From: Longimicrobiales bacterium
GTDB lineage: Bacteria > Gemmatimonadota > Gemmatimonadetes > Longimicrobiales > Gaopeijiaceae
Length of the DNA: 64,000 nt
Direction of reading: 5' to 3'
Assembly (NCBI GenBank): GCA_965218255.1
Contig: CBDCKJ010000002.1
Span: forward strand, 297,288-361,287
Shown: positions 40,543 through 51,221 of the stretch, one piece after another
Position numbering within the stretch: the stretch's first letter is position 1
How the letters are laid out: each line of letters begins with the position of its first letter
Program-made: the position numbers and the translations under genes
The notes under the pieces: model-generated
Database searches by the model: none
What the model was told of the DNA's origin: nothing
The model's input: only the letters and a program-made list of their open reading frames with translations

Positions 40543-41766
40543 GGAGACGGGGAGACGATGGCCAAGGCGAGATTCGAGCGAACGAAGCCGCATGTGAACG
40601 TGGGTACGATCGGGCACGTGGATCATGGGAAGACGACGCTGACGGCGGCGATCACGTCGGTGCAGTCGAAGCTGGGAATGGCGGAGTATGTCTCGTTCGA
40701 CAACATCGACAGGGCGCCGGAGGAGCGGGAGCGGGGGATTACGATTGCGACGGCGCACGTGGAGTACGAGACGGGAAACCGGCATTACGCGCATGTGGAC
40801 TGTCCGGGGCACGCCGACTACGTGAAGAACATGATTACGGGCGCGGCGCAGATGGATGGTGCGATCCTGGTGGTGAGTGCGGCGGACGGTCCGATGCCGC
40901 AGACGCGCGAGCACATCCTCCTTGCGAGGCAGGTGAATGTTCCGAACATCGTCGTGTACCTGAACAAGTGCGACATGGTGGATGACGAGGAGCTGCTGGA
41001 GCTGGTGGAGCTGGAGGTGCGCGAGCTTCTGAGCGAGTACGATTTTCCGGGCGACGACATCCCGGTTGTGCGGGGTTCGGCGCTTCAGGCGCTCGACAGC
41101 GGGGATCCGGAGGCGGAGGAGACGAGGAGCATCCAGGAGCTGATGGATGCGATCGACGACTACATTCCGCAGCCTCTCCGGGATACGGACAAGCCCTTCC
41201 TGATGCCGGTCGAGGATGTGTTTACGATTACGGGTCGCGGTACGGTGGCGACGGGTCGGATCGAGCGGGGCGTGATCAGGGTGGGTGAGAATGTGGAGCT
41301 GGTCGGGCTGAGTGCGAAGGAGGGGACGAAGACGGTGGTGACGGGAGTGGAGATGTTCCGCAAGATGCTGGATCAGGGTGAGGCGGGAGACAATGCGGGG
41401 GTGCTGCTTCGGGGGACGAAGAAGGACGAGGTGGAGCGTGGGATGGTGCTTGCGAAGCCGAGTTCGATCACCCCGCACACGAAGTTCAAGGCGGAGGTCT
41501 ACGTGCTGACGAAGGCGGAGGGGGGCAGGCACACGCCCTTCTTCGACGGCTACCGGCCGCAGTTCTACTTTCGGACGACGGACGTGACGGGTTCGGCGCA
41601 CCTGGGCGAGGGGGTGGAGATGGTGATGCCGGGCGACAACGTGCAGATGGACGTCGAGCTGATCAGCCCGATTGCGATGGAGACGGAGCTTCGCTTTGCG
41701 ATCCGGGAGGGTGGACGCACGGTCGGGGCCGGAGTGGTCACGGAGATCGTGGACTGACAGAGAGGC
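40543..41766 (+). repeat. 1,224-bp direct repeat, copy B (partner 1391-2614)
   Basis: See copy A. The offset is 39,152 nt. Confidence 0.85.
40558..41757 (+). CDS. tuf: elongation factor Tu (copy 2)
   Basis: Internal ATG (residue 22) of ORF 40495-41757. The protein is identical to copy 1. Confidence 0.97.
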   Translation: MAKARFERTKPHVNVGTIGHVDHGKTTLTAAITSVQSKLGMAEYVSFDNIDRAPEERERGITIATAHVEYETGNRHYAHVDCPGHADYVKNMITGAAQMDGAILVVSAADGPMPQTREHILLARQVNVPNIVVYLNKCDMVDDEELLELVELEVRELLSEYDFPGDDIPVVRGSALQALDSGDPEAEETRSIQELMDAIDDYIPQPLRDTDKPFLMPVEDVFTITGRGTVATGRIERGVIRVGENVELVGLSAKEGTKTVVTGVEMFRKMLDQGEAGDNAGVLLRGTKKDEVERGMVLAKPSSITPHTKFKAEVYVLTKAEGGRHTPFFDGYRPQFYFRTTDVTGSAHLGEGVEMVMPGDNVQMDVELISPIAMETELRFAIREGGRTVGAGVVTEIVD

Positions 41767-41824
41767 CGGACACTGACCCATTCGGGTCCCCGTAACGGGA
41801 ACCGGAGGCCCACGAGAGGCTCAC

Positions 41825-42133
41825 ATGGCAGGCAGAATTCGCATTCGGCTGAAGGCGTTCGACCACTGGGTCGTCGACCAGACAGCCTCCGACATCGTCC
41901 GGACCGCCGAGAAGACGGGGGCCACGGTCAAGGGGCCGGTGCCCCTCCCCACCCGGCGCGAGCGATGGACGGTGCTGAGGGGCCCGCACATCGACAAGAA
42001 GTCGAGGGAGCAATTCGAGCTCAGGACGCACAAGCGGCTCATCGACATCACCGACAGCCGGACGGCAACGGTGGACGCGCTGACGAAGCTGGATCTGCCC
42101 GCCGGGGTGAATGTCGAGATCAAGGTCGATTGA
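41825..42133 (+). CDS. rpsJ: 30S ribosomal protein S10
   Basis: 102 aa [25 protein letters not shown]. Confidence 0.95.
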   Translation: MAGRIRIRLKAFDHWVVDQTASDIVRTAEKTGATVKGPVPLPTRRERWTVLRGPHIDKKSREQFELRTHKRLIDITDSRTATVDALTKLDLPAGVNVEIKVD

Positions 42134-42184
42134 CGCGGTCCGGGCCCTATGGACCCGGCGGCAGGAGCGTGAGGGGGAAGGAGT

Positions 42185-42805
42185 ATGATGGCGGGACTGA
42201 TCGGGCGAAAGGTGGGGATGACTCGGGTTTTCGACGAGGAAGGCCGGGCCGTACCCGTTACCGTGGTCGAGGCCGGCCCCTGCCCCGTCGTGCAGCTGAA
42301 GACGGAGGAGCGGGACGGGTACAGCGCCGTTCAGATCGGATTCGGCCGCAAGAAGGAGAAGCGGAGTCCGAATGGGGAGCTCGGCCACGCGGCCAGGATC
42401 GGCCTCGACTACGCTCCGAGACTCCTTCGCGAGTTCCCGGTGGCGGCGGACGCGGGAGTTGAGGCGGGCTCCGAGCTCACGGTCGGGATCTTCGATGCGG
42501 GTGAGCGGGTCAAGGTCGTCGGCACCGCGAAGGGCCGGGGTTTCCAGGGGGTTGTCAAGCGCCACGGCTTTGCCGGCCGGCCGGCCTCCCACGGCCATCC
42601 GATGTCCAGGAATCCGGGGTCGCTCGGGCCAGGGACGGATCCGTCACGCGTGATCAAGGGCAAGAAGCTGCCGGGGCAGATGGGGGGGCAACGCACGACG
42701 ATCCGAAACCTGGAGATCGTTCGGGTGGACCCGGACAAGAACCTCCTCTTCATCAAGGGGGGGGTGCCCGGGCCGCAGAAGGGCTATCTCCTCATATCGA
42801 AATAG
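42185..42805 (+). CDS. rplC: 50S ribosomal protein L3
   Basis: 206 aa MMAGLIGRKVGMTRVFDEEGRAVPVTVVEAGPCPV. Confidence 0.95.
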   Translation: MMAGLIGRKVGMTRVFDEEGRAVPVTVVEAGPCPVVQLKTEERDGYSAVQIGFGRKKEKRSPNGELGHAARIGLDYAPRLLREFPVAADAGVEAGSELTVGIFDAGERVKVVGTAKGRGFQGVVKRHGFAGRPASHGHPMSRNPGSLGPGTDPSRVIKGKKLPGQMGGQRTTIRNLEIVRVDPDKNLLFIKGGVPGPQKGYLLISK

Positions 42806-42810
42806 GAACG

Positions 42811-43515
42811 ATGGCTACGGCGAAGTACTTCCAGGCGGATGGCCAGATGGGGAGCGAGCGTGCCCTTCCGGACGAGCTCTTCGGCGCCGCCGTGAACCGG
42901 GACGTGCTCCACACCGTCGTGACGGCGCACCTGGCGAACCGGAGGCAAGGCACGGCCGCAGCGAAGAACCGGGCGCAGGTGCGCGGCGGGAGCCGGAAGC
43001 CGTGGCGCCAGAAGGGCACGGGGAGAGCGAGGCAGGGGACGACACGCGCCGCGCAGTGGAGAGGGGGCGGGCGGGCCTTCCCGCCGCAGCCCCACTCCTG
43101 GAGGCGCCGGACCCCGAAGAAGGTGAAGGCGCTCGCCCGCCGCTCCGCCCTGAGCGCACGGGCGGCGGAGGAACGGATCACCGTCATCGATCCGCTCTCC
43201 TTCGAGGCGCCCGGCACGCGGAGGCTGGTACGCTACCTCGCCGAGATCGGGGCCGAGGGGAAGGTGCTCCTCCTGACCGACGGCGTGAAGCGGAACGTCG
43301 TCCTCTCCGGCCGCAACGTCCCGACGATCCTCGTCCGCCCCTTCGGGGAGGAGTCGACGTACGACATACTCTGGTCGAGGACGGTGGTCATCGAGCGTAC
43401 GGTGTTCGAGGAGGGGTCGGCCGACGAGGATGTCGAAGGCGCGACGGGCGAGCCCGTGGAGGACGCGGGCACGCCGGCCGCCGCTCTGGACGCCGAGGAG
43501 GGCGCCGATGCGTGA
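42811..43515 (+). CDS. rplD: 50S ribosomal protein L4
   Basis: 234 aa with KNRAQVRGGSRKPWRQKGTGRARQG motif. Confidence 0.93.
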   Translation: MATAKYFQADGQMGSERALPDELFGAAVNRDVLHTVVTAHLANRRQGTAAAKNRAQVRGGSRKPWRQKGTGRARQGTTRAAQWRGGGRAFPPQPHSWRRRTPKKVKALARRSALSARAAEERITVIDPLSFEAPGTRRLVRYLAEIGAEGKVLLLTDGVKRNVVLSGRNVPTILVRPFGEESTYDILWSRTVVIERTVFEEGSADEDVEGATGEPVEDAGTPAAALDAEEGADA

Positions 43516-43819
43516 CATCTTCGACGTGATCATCTCTCCCGTCTTCACCGAGAAGGCGACCCAGGAGCAGGCCGAACACAACGTCTTCACCTTCATCGTC
43601 CACCGGGACGCCAACAAGACGCAGATCGCGGCGGCAGTCGAGGCCGCGTGGGACGTAGTCGTCGAGGACGTGCGGACGGCCCGCTACCCAGGGAAGGCGA
43701 AGCGGGCGCTCATGGGCCGGCTTAGCCGCAGGAACCCGGTTGGCCGGAGGCCCGGCTACAAGAAGGCGATGGTCCGCCTCGCCGACGGGGACGAGATCGA
43801 GTTCTACGAGGTGGGATGA
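43508..43819 (+). CDS. rplW: 50S ribosomal protein L23
   Basis: Internal ATG (residue 27) of ORF 43430-43819. MRDIFDVIISPVFTEKATQEQ. Overlaps the rplD end by 8 nt. Confidence 0.9.
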   Translation: MRDIFDVIISPVFTEKATQEQAEHNVFTFIVHRDANKTQIAAAVEAAWDVVVEDVRTARYPGKAKRALMGRLSRRNPVGRRPGYKKAMVRLADGDEIEFYEVG

Positions 43820-43830
43820 GGGAGTAGCGA

Positions 43831-44670
43831 ATGGCTCTAAAGAGATTCAGACCGGTCACGAGCGGGAGCCGCTTCCGCTCGATCGTGGACAAGTCCGAGA
43901 TCACGCGCTCGGAGCCCGAACGCTCGCTCACCGAGGGGCTCCACGGGACCGGGGGTCGCAATCACCACGGCCGGATGACGATGCGCCGTCGCGGGGGCGG
44001 CCACAAGCGGCGGTACCGGAGGATCGACTTTCGCCGGGACAAGCACGCGATCCCCGGCCGGATCACCGAGATCGAGTATGACCCGAACCGCTCGGCGAAC
44101 ATCGCGCTCGTGACTTACGCGGATGGCGAGAAGCGCTACATTCTACACCCCCGTGGGCTCGGGGTCGGCGACACGATCCTCTCGGGCCCGGAGTCGGACA
44201 TCGCCGTAGGCCATGCGACGGCACTCTCCCGGATCCCGTTGGGCACGACGGTTCACAACGTGGAGCTGACACCGGGGAAGGGAGGACAGATGGCCCGCTC
44301 GGCGGGGGCGGGCGTCAGCGTGGTGGCGAAGGAGGGGAAATACGTGACGCTTCGCCTCCCCTCCACGGAGGTCCGCCGCGTGCACCGCTCGTGCATGGCG
44401 ACGATCGGCCAGGTGGGCAATCAGGACCACGAGCTGCAGTCTCTCGGGAAGGCGGGGGCGAGCCGCTGGCGTCGTCGCCGCCCCAAGGTCCGGGGTGTCG
44501 CGATGAATCCGGTCGACCACCCCCTTGGGGGCGGGGAGGGCCGGAGCTCCGGCGGCCGTCCCCCCGTGTCACCCTGGGGGAAGGCGGAGGGGAAGAAGAC
44601 GCGCCGGCGCAAGAAGTATTCGGACCAGTACATCGTTCGCGGACGTCGCCGCGGCAGGGCGACCAAGTAG
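43831..44670 (+). CDS. rplB: 50S ribosomal protein L2
   Basis: 279 aa [25 protein letters not shown] ... [16 protein letters not shown]. Confidence 0.96.
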   Translation: MALKRFRPVTSGSRFRSIVDKSEITRSEPERSLTEGLHGTGGRNHHGRMTMRRRGGGHKRRYRRIDFRRDKHAIPGRITEIEYDPNRSANIALVTYADGEKRYILHPRGLGVGDTILSGPESDIAVGHATALSRIPLGTTVHNVELTPGKGGQMARSAGAGVSVVAKEGKYVTLRLPSTEVRRVHRSCMATIGQVGNQDHELQSLGKAGASRWRRRRPKVRGVAMNPVDHPLGGGEGRSSGGRPPVSPWGKAEGKKTRRRKKYSDQYIVRGRRRGRATK

Positions 44671-44707
44671 TCCAGGCCCGTCGGGCGCCTGGAAGAGGGA
44701 AGGAGAG

Positions 44708-44995
44708 ATGCCACGAAGCGTTCGGAAGGGTCCCTTCATCGACGAGAAGCTTCGCCGGAGGGTCGAGGAGATGAACTCCCGCGGCGAGAGGAGAGTGCTC
44801 AGGACGTGGTCCCGGGCGTCCACGATCTCGCCGGACTTCGTGGGGCACACGATTGCCGTCCATAACGGCAACAAGTTCATCCCGGTCTACGTGACGGAGA
44901 ACATGGTGGGCCACAAGCTCGGCGAGTTCTCTCCGACCCGGCTCTTTCGGGGACACGGCGGCAGGCTTGCCGACAAGCGTACAAAGGTGCGCTAG
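44708..44995 (+). CDS. rpsS: 30S ribosomal protein S19
   Basis: Internal ATG (residue 62) of ORF 44525-44995. [15 protein letters not shown]...[23 protein letters not shown]. Confidence 0.93.
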   Translation: MPRSVRKGPFIDEKLRRRVEEMNSRGERRVLRTWSRASTISPDFVGHTIAVHNGNKFIPVYVTENMVGHKLGEFSPTRLFRGHGGRLADKRTKVR

Positions 44996-45019
44996 CAGGC
45001 GAGGCAAGAGGAGAGGACG

Positions 45020-45370
45020 ATGTCGGCGAAGGCGGTGGCAAGGTTCGTCCGGATGAGTCCGAGGAAGGTGCGGCTCGTCGTGGACCAGCTCCGGGGGTGC
45101 GCGGTCAACGAGGCGTATGCACGCCTCCAGTTCTCGAAGAAGGCCGCGGCCGAGCCCGTGGAGAAGACGCTCCGCTCTGCGGTGGCAAACGCGCAGTACC
45201 AGGCCGAGGACGAGGGCGAGTTCGTGGACATCGACGACCTAGTCGTACGCGAGATCTTCGTCGACGAGGGCCCGACGCTCCGGCGCTTCAAGGCCGCGGC
45301 GATGGGCCGCGCCGCCCCGCGTCGCCGGCGGATGAGCCACATCACAGTCGTTGTGGACACGAGGGAGTAG
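45020..45370 (+). CDS. rplV: 50S ribosomal protein L22
   Basis: 116 aa [26 protein letters not shown]. Confidence 0.93.
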   Translation: MSAKAVARFVRMSPRKVRLVVDQLRGCAVNEAYARLQFSKKAAAEPVEKTLRSAVANAQYQAEDEGEFVDIDDLVVREIFVDEGPTLRRFKAAAMGRAAPRRRRMSHITVVVDTRE

Positions 45371-45378
45371 AGAGACGC

Positions 45379-46038
45379 ATGGGACAAAAGACCCACCCGA
45401 CCGGATTCCGTCTCGGCATCCTGAAGGACTGGAAGTCGCGTTGGTACGCGGAGAAGGAGTTCCCGCGCTTCCTGATGGAAGACGAGACGATCCGCCGCTA
45501 CCTCGGCCGGCGCCTGGCGCACGCGGCGCTCGCAGGGGTCGACATCGAGCGCAAGCCCTCGAAGATCGTCGTTACGGTCCAGACGGCCCGGCCGGGCGTC
45601 GTGATCGGGAAGCGCGGCGCGGAGGTCGACAAGCTGCGCGACGAGCTCGGCGTCCTCACGAACGCGGAGGTCTCGGTCAACGTCGAGGAAGTCAAGCGCC
45701 CCGAACTCAGCGCGAAGCTCGTGGCGGAGAATGTGGCGCACCAGATCCAGAACCGGATCTCCTTCCGGCGCGCGATGAAGCGGGCCATCCAGTCCTCCCA
45801 GCGCGCGGGCGCGGAGGGGATCCGCATCCAGTGCGGGGGCCGGCTGGGCGGTGCCGAGATCGCGCGCGTCGAGGGGTACAACGACGGCCGCGTTCCCCTC
45901 CATACGCTCAGAGCCGATATCGATTATGCGAACGTTGAGGCGCACACCACCTACGGGACGGTCGGCGTCAAGTGCTGGATCTTTTTGGGCGAGGTCATGG
46001 ACGAGCGCCGTGGCCGGACCTATTCGACGGACAGCTGA
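45379..46038 (+). CDS. rpsC: 30S ribosomal protein S3
   Basis: Internal ATG (residue 95) of ORF 45097-46038. [28 protein letters not shown]. Confidence 0.94.
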   Translation: MGQKTHPTGFRLGILKDWKSRWYAEKEFPRFLMEDETIRRYLGRRLAHAALAGVDIERKPSKIVVTVQTARPGVVIGKRGAEVDKLRDELGVLTNAEVSVNVEEVKRPELSAKLVAENVAHQIQNRISFRRAMKRAIQSSQRAGAEGIRIQCGGRLGGAEIARVEGYNDGRVPLHTLRADIDYANVEAHTTYGTVGVKCWIFLGEVMDERRGRTYSTDS

Positions 46039-46056
46039 GGAGCCGGGGGACAAGCG

Positions 46057-46473
46057 ATGCTCTCGCCGAAGCGGGTCAAGTACCGGAAGAAGCACAAGGG
46101 CCGGATGCGGGGTGCCGCGAACCGCGGCCAGAACATCTCCTTCGGGGAGTACGGGCTCCAGGCGAGCGAGCCGGCGTGGATCTCGAATCGCCAGATCGAG
46201 GCTGCCCGGATCGCGATGACGCGTCACATCAAGCGCGGCGGTAAGGTCTGGATCCGGATCTTCCCGGACAAGCCGACGACGCAGAAGCCCGCAGAGACCC
46301 GGATGGGCAAGGGTAAGGGCAACCCGGAAGGGTGGGTCGCCGTCGTCAAGCCGGGACGCGTCATGTTCGAGATGGAGGGGGTGGCGCGCGACGTTGCGGA
46401 GCACGCGATGACGCTTGCGGCGGCCAAGCTTCCGATCCGCACGCGGTTTCTGGTTCGGGACGAACAGCTTTGA
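46057..46473 (+). CDS. rplP: 50S ribosomal protein L16
   Basis: 138 aa [19 protein letters not shown]. Confidence 0.95.
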   Translation: MLSPKRVKYRKKHKGRMRGAANRGQNISFGEYGLQASEPAWISNRQIEAARIAMTRHIKRGGKVWIRIFPDKPTTQKPAETRMGKGKGNPEGWVAVVKPGRVMFEMEGVARDVAEHAMTLAAAKLPIRTRFLVRDEQL

Positions 46474-46485
46474 TGCGGGGGGCCG

Positions 46486-46707
46486 ATGGACGTTGCTGAC
46501 ATTCGGGAGCTCACCGATCCCCAGATCCGGGAACGGATCGGGGAGCTGCGCGAGGAGCTCTTCCGGCTCAGGGTCCGGGCGGCGATGATGCAGCTTGAGA
46601 ATCCGAAGCTCCCCCGGCATATCCGGCGCGATATCGCCCGGATGAAGACCGTTATCGGCGAGCGGCGGAGAGCCGCGGCAGAGGAGCGGCAGATCCGGCA
46701 TGAGTGA
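46486..46707 (+). CDS. rpmC: 50S ribosomal protein L29
   Basis: 73 aa [31 protein letters not shown]. Confidence 0.9.
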   Translation: MDVADIRELTDPQIRERIGELREELFRLRVRAAMMQLENPKLPRHIRRDIARMKTVIGERRRAAAEERQIRHE

Positions 46708-47002
46708 CAACGGGATGGAGACGGCGGGGGGGGCGGGGGCCGGGGAGCGTCGACGCCGGAAGCTCCGCCAGGGCACCGTCGTGAGCGACAGCGGAGACAA
46801 GACCGTCGTGGTGAGGGTGGACCGGCGAATCCAGCATCCGCTTTACCGGAAGGCGATGATCCGTTCGAGGAAGTACCATGCGCACGACCGGGCGAACGAG
46901 TACCGGGTGGGCGACGTGGTGCAGATTCAGGAGACGCGGCCGCTCTCGAAGCTAAAGAGGTGGAGAGTCGTACGGTTGCTCGAGCGGCCCGAGGGAGTCT
47001 GA
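46700..47002 (+). CDS. rpsQ: 30S ribosomal protein S17
   Basis: 100 aa with [27 protein letters not shown]. Confidence 0.9.
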   Translation: MSDNGMETAGGAGAGERRRRKLRQGTVVSDSGDKTVVVRVDRRIQHPLYRKAMIRSRKYHAHDRANEYRVGDVVQIQETRPLSKLKRWRVVRLLERPEGV

Positions 47003-47039
47003 GTCGGGCGGTCGTGGGCAGGGATAGGGGAAGCAGACG

Positions 47040-47408
47040 ATGATCCAAGAGGAGTCCGTCCTCAAGATCGCCGACAACACGGGGGCGAAGCGGGCCCTCT
47101 GCATTCAGGTTCTGGGGGGCTCCAGGCGACGCTACGCCAGGGTCGGGGATGTGATCGTCGTCACGATCAAGGATGCGATCCCCAATTCCGCAGTAAAGAA
47201 GGGGGAAGTGGCCAGAGCCGTCATCGTTCGGACCGCGAAGGAGATGCGGCGCAAGGACGGCTCGTATATCCGCTTCGACGAGAATGCAGCGGTCCTGATC
47301 AATGACGGGGGCGATCCGAGGGGCACGCGCATCTTCGGCCCCGTCGGACGGGAGCTGAGAGAGAAGCGATACATGAAGATCGTATCCCTCGCCCCGGAGG
47401 TGCTCTGA
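47040..47408 (+). CDS. rplN: 50S ribosomal protein L14
   Basis: 122 aa [27 protein letters not shown]. Confidence 0.96.
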   Translation: MIQEESVLKIADNTGAKRALCIQVLGGSRRRYARVGDVIVVTIKDAIPNSAVKKGEVARAVIVRTAKEMRRKDGSYIRFDENAAVLINDGGDPRGTRIFGPVGRELREKRYMKIVSLAPEVL

Positions 47409-47773
47409 TGCCGAAGGCGAACGATGCGCGCCGCGTCCGCCGGACGAAGCGAAGGATCCGTATCGTGCGGAGCGACCGGGTGCGGGTGATCCGGGGCAAC
47501 TATCGGGACGCCGAGGGCGTGGTCATTCGGGTGGACGCCCGGGCCGGGTGCGTGGTCGTGGAGGGGGTGAACATGCGGGTGCGCCACCAGCGGCCGACAC
47601 AGGAGAATCCGGAGGGCGGGATCATCTCCTTCGAGGCGCCGATCGACATTTCGAACGTGATGCTGATCGAGCCGTCCTCCGGGGAGGCCTCGAGGGTCCG
47701 GATCCAGCACGGAAGCGACGGGGCGAAGGAGCGGATCTCGGTGAAGAGCGGATATCCGATCCCCCGGCCGTGA
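47408..47773 (+). CDS. rplX: 50S ribosomal protein L24
   Basis: 121 aa with KOW-type core [26 protein letters not shown]. Confidence 0.9.
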   Translation: MPKANDARRVRRTKRRIRIVRSDRVRVIRGNYRDAEGVVIRVDARAGCVVVEGVNMRVRHQRPTQENPEGGIISFEAPIDISNVMLIEPSSGEASRVRIQHGSDGAKERISVKSGYPIPRP

Positions 47774-47805
47774 GCGAGACGTTGAGCGAGACACGGGAAG
47801 GGACG

Positions 47806-48372
47806 GTGGAGCCGAGGCTGCTGACCTACTACCAGGAGCAGGTGCGCCCGAAGCTCAAGGAGGAGCTCGGGCTCGGGAACGTGCACCAGGTTCCCAAGGT
47901 CCAGAAGGTCGTCGTGAACGTCGGCGTCGGGGAGGGGAGCCGAAACCAAAAGCTCCTCGATTCGGTCGTCGAGGAGCTCTCGATCGTGACCGGGCAGAAG
48001 CCGGTAGTGAGGAAGGCCCGGAAGTCCATCGCCAACTTCTCCCTGCGGGCGGAAATGCCCGTCGGCGTCTCCGTCACCCTCCGCCGCCGCCGGATGTATG
48101 AGTTCCTCGACCGGCTCGTTTCCGCGACGATCCCGAGGATCCGCGACTTCCGGGGGATCCCCCCTAGATCCTTTGACGGACGGGGCAACTACACGCTCGG
48201 GATCAGGGAACAGATCATCTTCCCGGAGATCGACTACGATGCCGTCGAGAGGGTGCACGGGATGGACATCACGATTGTGACCTCCGCGGTGAGGGACGAC
48301 GAAGCTTACGCGCTCCTACGGGAGCTCGGCTTCCCCTTCCGTGGCCAGACCCCCGTGGCGATCCCGGGATAG
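47806..48372 (+). CDS. rplE: 50S ribosomal protein L5
   Basis: Internal GTG of ORF 47548-48372, preceded by GGAAGGGA. (M)[39 protein letters not shown]. Alternative GTG at 47770 overlaps the rplX stop. Confidence 0.88.
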   Translation: MEPRLLTYYQEQVRPKLKEELGLGNVHQVPKVQKVVVNVGVGEGSRNQKLLDSVVEELSIVTGQKPVVRKARKSIANFSLRAEMPVGVSVTLRRRRMYEFLDRLVSATIPRIRDFRGIPPRSFDGRGNYTLGIREQIIFPEIDYDAVERVHGMDITIVTSAVRDDEAYALLRELGFPFRGQTPVAIPG

Positions 48373-48387
48373 GAGAGAGAGGGCAAC

Positions 48388-48573
48388 GTGGCCAAGAAAG
48401 CGCTGGTCGAGAAGGCGGGGCGAAAGCCCAAGTACGGAGTCCGGGCGTATCACCGGTGCAACCGGTGCGGGCGCCCGCGCGGGTACGTTCGCAAGTTCGG
48501 GATCTGCCGGATCTGCTTCCGGGAGATGGCGCTCCGGGGCGAGATTCCCGGTGTCCGAAAGGCCAGCTGGTAG
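48388..48573 (+). CDS. rpsN: 30S ribosomal protein S14, zinc-binding short (type Z) form
   Basis: 61 aa [46 protein letters not shown]. Confidence 0.93.
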   Translation: MAKKALVEKAGRKPKYGVRAYHRCNRCGRPRGYVRKFGICRICFREMALRGEIPGVRKASW

Positions 48574-48588
48574 AGGAGTCAGACAGCG

Positions 48589-48981
48589 ATGATGACCGAT
48601 CCGGTGGCAGACATGCTCACCCGCGTCAGAAACGGCCTCCACGCGGGACGCCGGTGGGCGGACATTCCAGTCTCCAAGCTCAAGATCGAGGTCGCCCGGA
48701 TCCTGAAGGAGAACCATTTTGTCTTCGACTACAAGGTGCTCGACGATGGCCGTCACGGCGTGCTCCGCGTCTATCTCAAGTACTTCGAGGGCCAGCCTGT
48801 GATCCGCCAGCTGAAGCGGGTCTCGAGGCCGGGGTTGCGCCGCTATGTCTCAGTCGACGAGATCCCGAGGGTCCGAAACGGACTCGGGATGGCGATCCTC
48901 TCCACGTCCCAGGGCGTCCTCTCGGACCGGACCGCGCGCGAGCGTGGGGTGGGTGGCGAGCTGATGGCGGTCGTTTGGTGA
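48589..48981 (+). CDS. rpsH: 30S ribosomal protein S8
   Basis: 130 aa MMTDPVADMLTRVRNG. Confidence 0.95.
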   Translation: MMTDPVADMLTRVRNGLHAGRRWADIPVSKLKIEVARILKENHFVFDYKVLDDGRHGVLRVYLKYFEGQPVIRQLKRVSRPGLRRYVSVDEIPRVRNGLGMAILSTSQGVLSDRTARERGVGGELMAVVW

Positions 48982-49016
48982 ACAGGTCGGCGTTGGATCG
49001 AGCAGGGAGCTGAAGC

Positions 49017-49553
49017 ATGTCGAGAATCGGCGGGTGGCCGATCGAGTTCCCGAAGGGGACGAAGATCGAGTCGGATAGGGGAACCCTGAAGGTGGAGGGC
49101 CCGAAGGGGGTGCTCGAGTTCGCGCCCCACCCGGAGATCGGGGTCGAGATCTCGGACGGGTTCGTTACCGTGAGCCGCCCCTCCGAGCAGAAGCGGCACC
49201 GGGCGCTTCACGGACTCACTCGCTCCCTCATCGCCAACATGGTGATGGGTGTGACGGAGGGCTTCGAGCGGAGGCTCGAGATCCGGGGAGTCGGGTACCG
49301 CGCTGAGCAGAAGGGTAGCGTGGTCACCTTCCACCTCGGTTTCTCCCACCCCGTCGAGTACCCGGTCCCCGAGGGGATCCAGATCGAGACGCCGGCGCCA
49401 ACTCAGGTCGTCGTCCGGGGGACGGACAAGCAGCTCGTCGGGCAGGTCGCCGCCGAGATCCGGTCGATCCGGCCCCCGGAGCCGTACAAGGGCAAGGGCG
49501 TGCGGTACGTCGGCGAGCAGGTGCGGAGGAAGGCCGGGAAGACGGCGGGCTAG
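49017..49553 (+). CDS. rplF: 50S ribosomal protein L6
   Basis: 178 aa MSRIGGWPIEFPKGTKIESDRGTLKVEGPKG. Confidence 0.94.
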   Translation: MSRIGGWPIEFPKGTKIESDRGTLKVEGPKGVLEFAPHPEIGVEISDGFVTVSRPSEQKRHRALHGLTRSLIANMVMGVTEGFERRLEIRGVGYRAEQKGSVVTFHLGFSHPVEYPVPEGIQIETPAPTQVVVRGTDKQLVGQVAAEIRSIRPPEPYKGKGVRYVGEQVRRKAGKTAG

Positions 49554-49591
49554 GCCCCCGCGGGAATCGTTCATGGGAGGAATCTCGGGTC

Positions 49592-49990
49592 ATGAGGGTC
49601 AAGTACTCCAAGCTCAAGAAGAGCCGGCGCCTCCAGAGGGCCCGTCGGCACGTGCGCGTCCGGAAGCGTGTGGTCGGAAGCTCGGATCGTCCGAGGCTCG
49701 TCGTATTCCGTTCGCTTAGGAACATCGAGGGCCAGATCGTGGACGATGACGAGGGGCGGACGCTACTCGGGGTCTCGACGCTCTCCGGGGGCGTGCGGGA
49801 GGCGGCGGCCGCCTCCGGGTCCGAGGCCGGGCTGAGGATGACCGGGGCATTCGAGGCGGGCAGGCTCCTCGCCGAGCGGGCCGTCGAGCAGGGGATTCGG
49901 GCGGTCGTCTTCGACCGCGCCGGATACCGCTACCACGGCCGCGTGAAGGCATTTGCCGACGGGGCCAGGAAGGGAGGGTTGCACTTCTGA
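49592..49990 (+). CDS. rplR: 50S ribosomal protein L18
   Basis: 132 aa with [20 protein letters not shown] and [27 protein letters not shown]. Confidence 0.92.
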   Translation: MRVKYSKLKKSRRLQRARRHVRVRKRVVGSSDRPRLVVFRSLRNIEGQIVDDDEGRTLLGVSTLSGGVREAAAASGSEAGLRMTGAFEAGRLLAERAVEQGIRAVVFDRAGYRYHGRVKAFADGARKGGLHF

Positions 49991-50517
49991 TGGCTAGGGA
50001 CAGGGATCGGGGACGACGGCGGGAGAGCGACCTGGTCGAGACGGTGATCCATATCAACCGGGTCGCGAAGGTGGTCAAGGGGGGGCGGCGCTTCTCCTTC
50101 AGCGCGCTCGTCGCCGTGGGCGACCGTCGGGGGAGCGTCGGCATTCAGCTCGCGAAGGCGAACGAGGTTGCCGAGGCGATCCGCAAGGGGATGGAGCACG
50201 CCTCGAAGGAGATGGTCAAGGTCCCGATTTCAGGGGGGACGATCCCCCACGAGATCATCGGGCGGTGGGGAGCGGCGCGCGTGCTGCTCAGGCCCGCCGC
50301 CCCCGGCACGGGCGTGATCGCCGGAGGCCCCGTACGGGCGGTCCTCGAGGCCGCCGGCGTTACGGACATCCTCACCAAGAGCCTCGGGAGCAACAATCCG
50401 ATCAACGTGGTCCGCGCGACGATACATGCGCTGACAAACCTCGTGACCCTCGAGCAGGTGGCGAGGGAGCGCGGCGTTCCCGTCGAGGCGCTTGGCGCCG
50501 GGGTGCATCGTGGCTAG
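49990..50517 (+). CDS. rpsE: 30S ribosomal protein S5
   Basis: 175 aa with [27 protein letters not shown]. Confidence 0.95.
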   Translation: MARDRDRGRRRESDLVETVIHINRVAKVVKGGRRFSFSALVAVGDRRGSVGIQLAKANEVAEAIRKGMEHASKEMVKVPISGGTIPHEIIGRWGAARVLLRPAAPGTGVIAGGPVRAVLEAAGVTDILTKSLGSNNPINVVRATIHALTNLVTLEQVARERGVPVEALGAGVHRG

Positions 50518-50713
50518 CAAGAAAGAAACGGGGAGGATCGCGATCACGCAGGTCCGGAGCCGGATCGGCCGGCCCGAAGCCCACCGGAGGACACTCCGGG
50601 CGCTCGGATTCACGCGGCACCAGCAGACGCGAGTCCACAATGACACGCCCGCGATCCGCGGGATGATCCACCAGGTACGCCACCTCGTCGAGGTTCGAGA
50701 GGTGGAGGAGTAG
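50510..50713 (+). CDS. rpmD: 50S ribosomal protein L30
   Basis: Internal GTG of ORF 50492-50713. [25 protein letters not shown]. Overlaps the rpsE stop. Confidence 0.85.
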   Translation: MASKKETGRIAITQVRSRIGRPEAHRRTLRALGFTRHQQTRVHNDTPAIRGMIHQVRHLVEVREVEE

Positions 50714-50720
50714 CCCACTG

Positions 50721-51167
50721 ATGGCCGAGCTGCACGACCTTCGTCCCCCGCCCGGTTCGCGTTCGCCGAGAAAACGGCGGGGGCGAGGCCCCGGATCGGG
50801 GCTCGGGAAGACGGGCGGGCGGGGCCAGAAGGGACAGAAATCGCGCTCCGGAAGCAGGATCCCGGCCGGCTTCGAGGGGGGGCAGATGCCCCTTCAGCGG
50901 CGGCTCCCGAAGGGTGGGTTCAAGCCCAGGCGCCGCATCACCTACCAGGTCGTGAACGTGGGGCGGCTCGAGCGGTTCGAGGGCTCCGAGGTGACTCCCG
51001 AGCGACTCTGCGCCCAAGGCCTCATCGGATCGCTGAAGGAGCCCGTGAAGCTGCTGGCCACGGGGGAGCTCTCCCGGGCGCTTCGCGTCTCGGTGCACGC
51101 CGTGAGCGGGGCGGCCGAGGCGAAGATCGAGGCGGCCGGGGGCTCCGTCACGCGAATCGAACGGTGA
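50721..51167 (+). CDS. rplO: 50S ribosomal protein L15
   Basis: 148 aa MAELHDLRPPPGSRSPRKRRGRGPGSGLGKTGGRGQKGQKSRSG. Confidence 0.94.
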   Translation: MAELHDLRPPPGSRSPRKRRGRGPGSGLGKTGGRGQKGQKSRSGSRIPAGFEGGQMPLQRRLPKGGFKPRRRITYQVVNVGRLERFEGSEVTPERLCAQGLIGSLKEPVKLLATGELSRALRVSVHAVSGAAEAKIEAAGGSVTRIER

Positions 51168-51221
51168 TGCACCAGGCGCTCGCGGCGAGGCATCGCTCGG
51201 GCAAGGACGGCTGACCTTCCT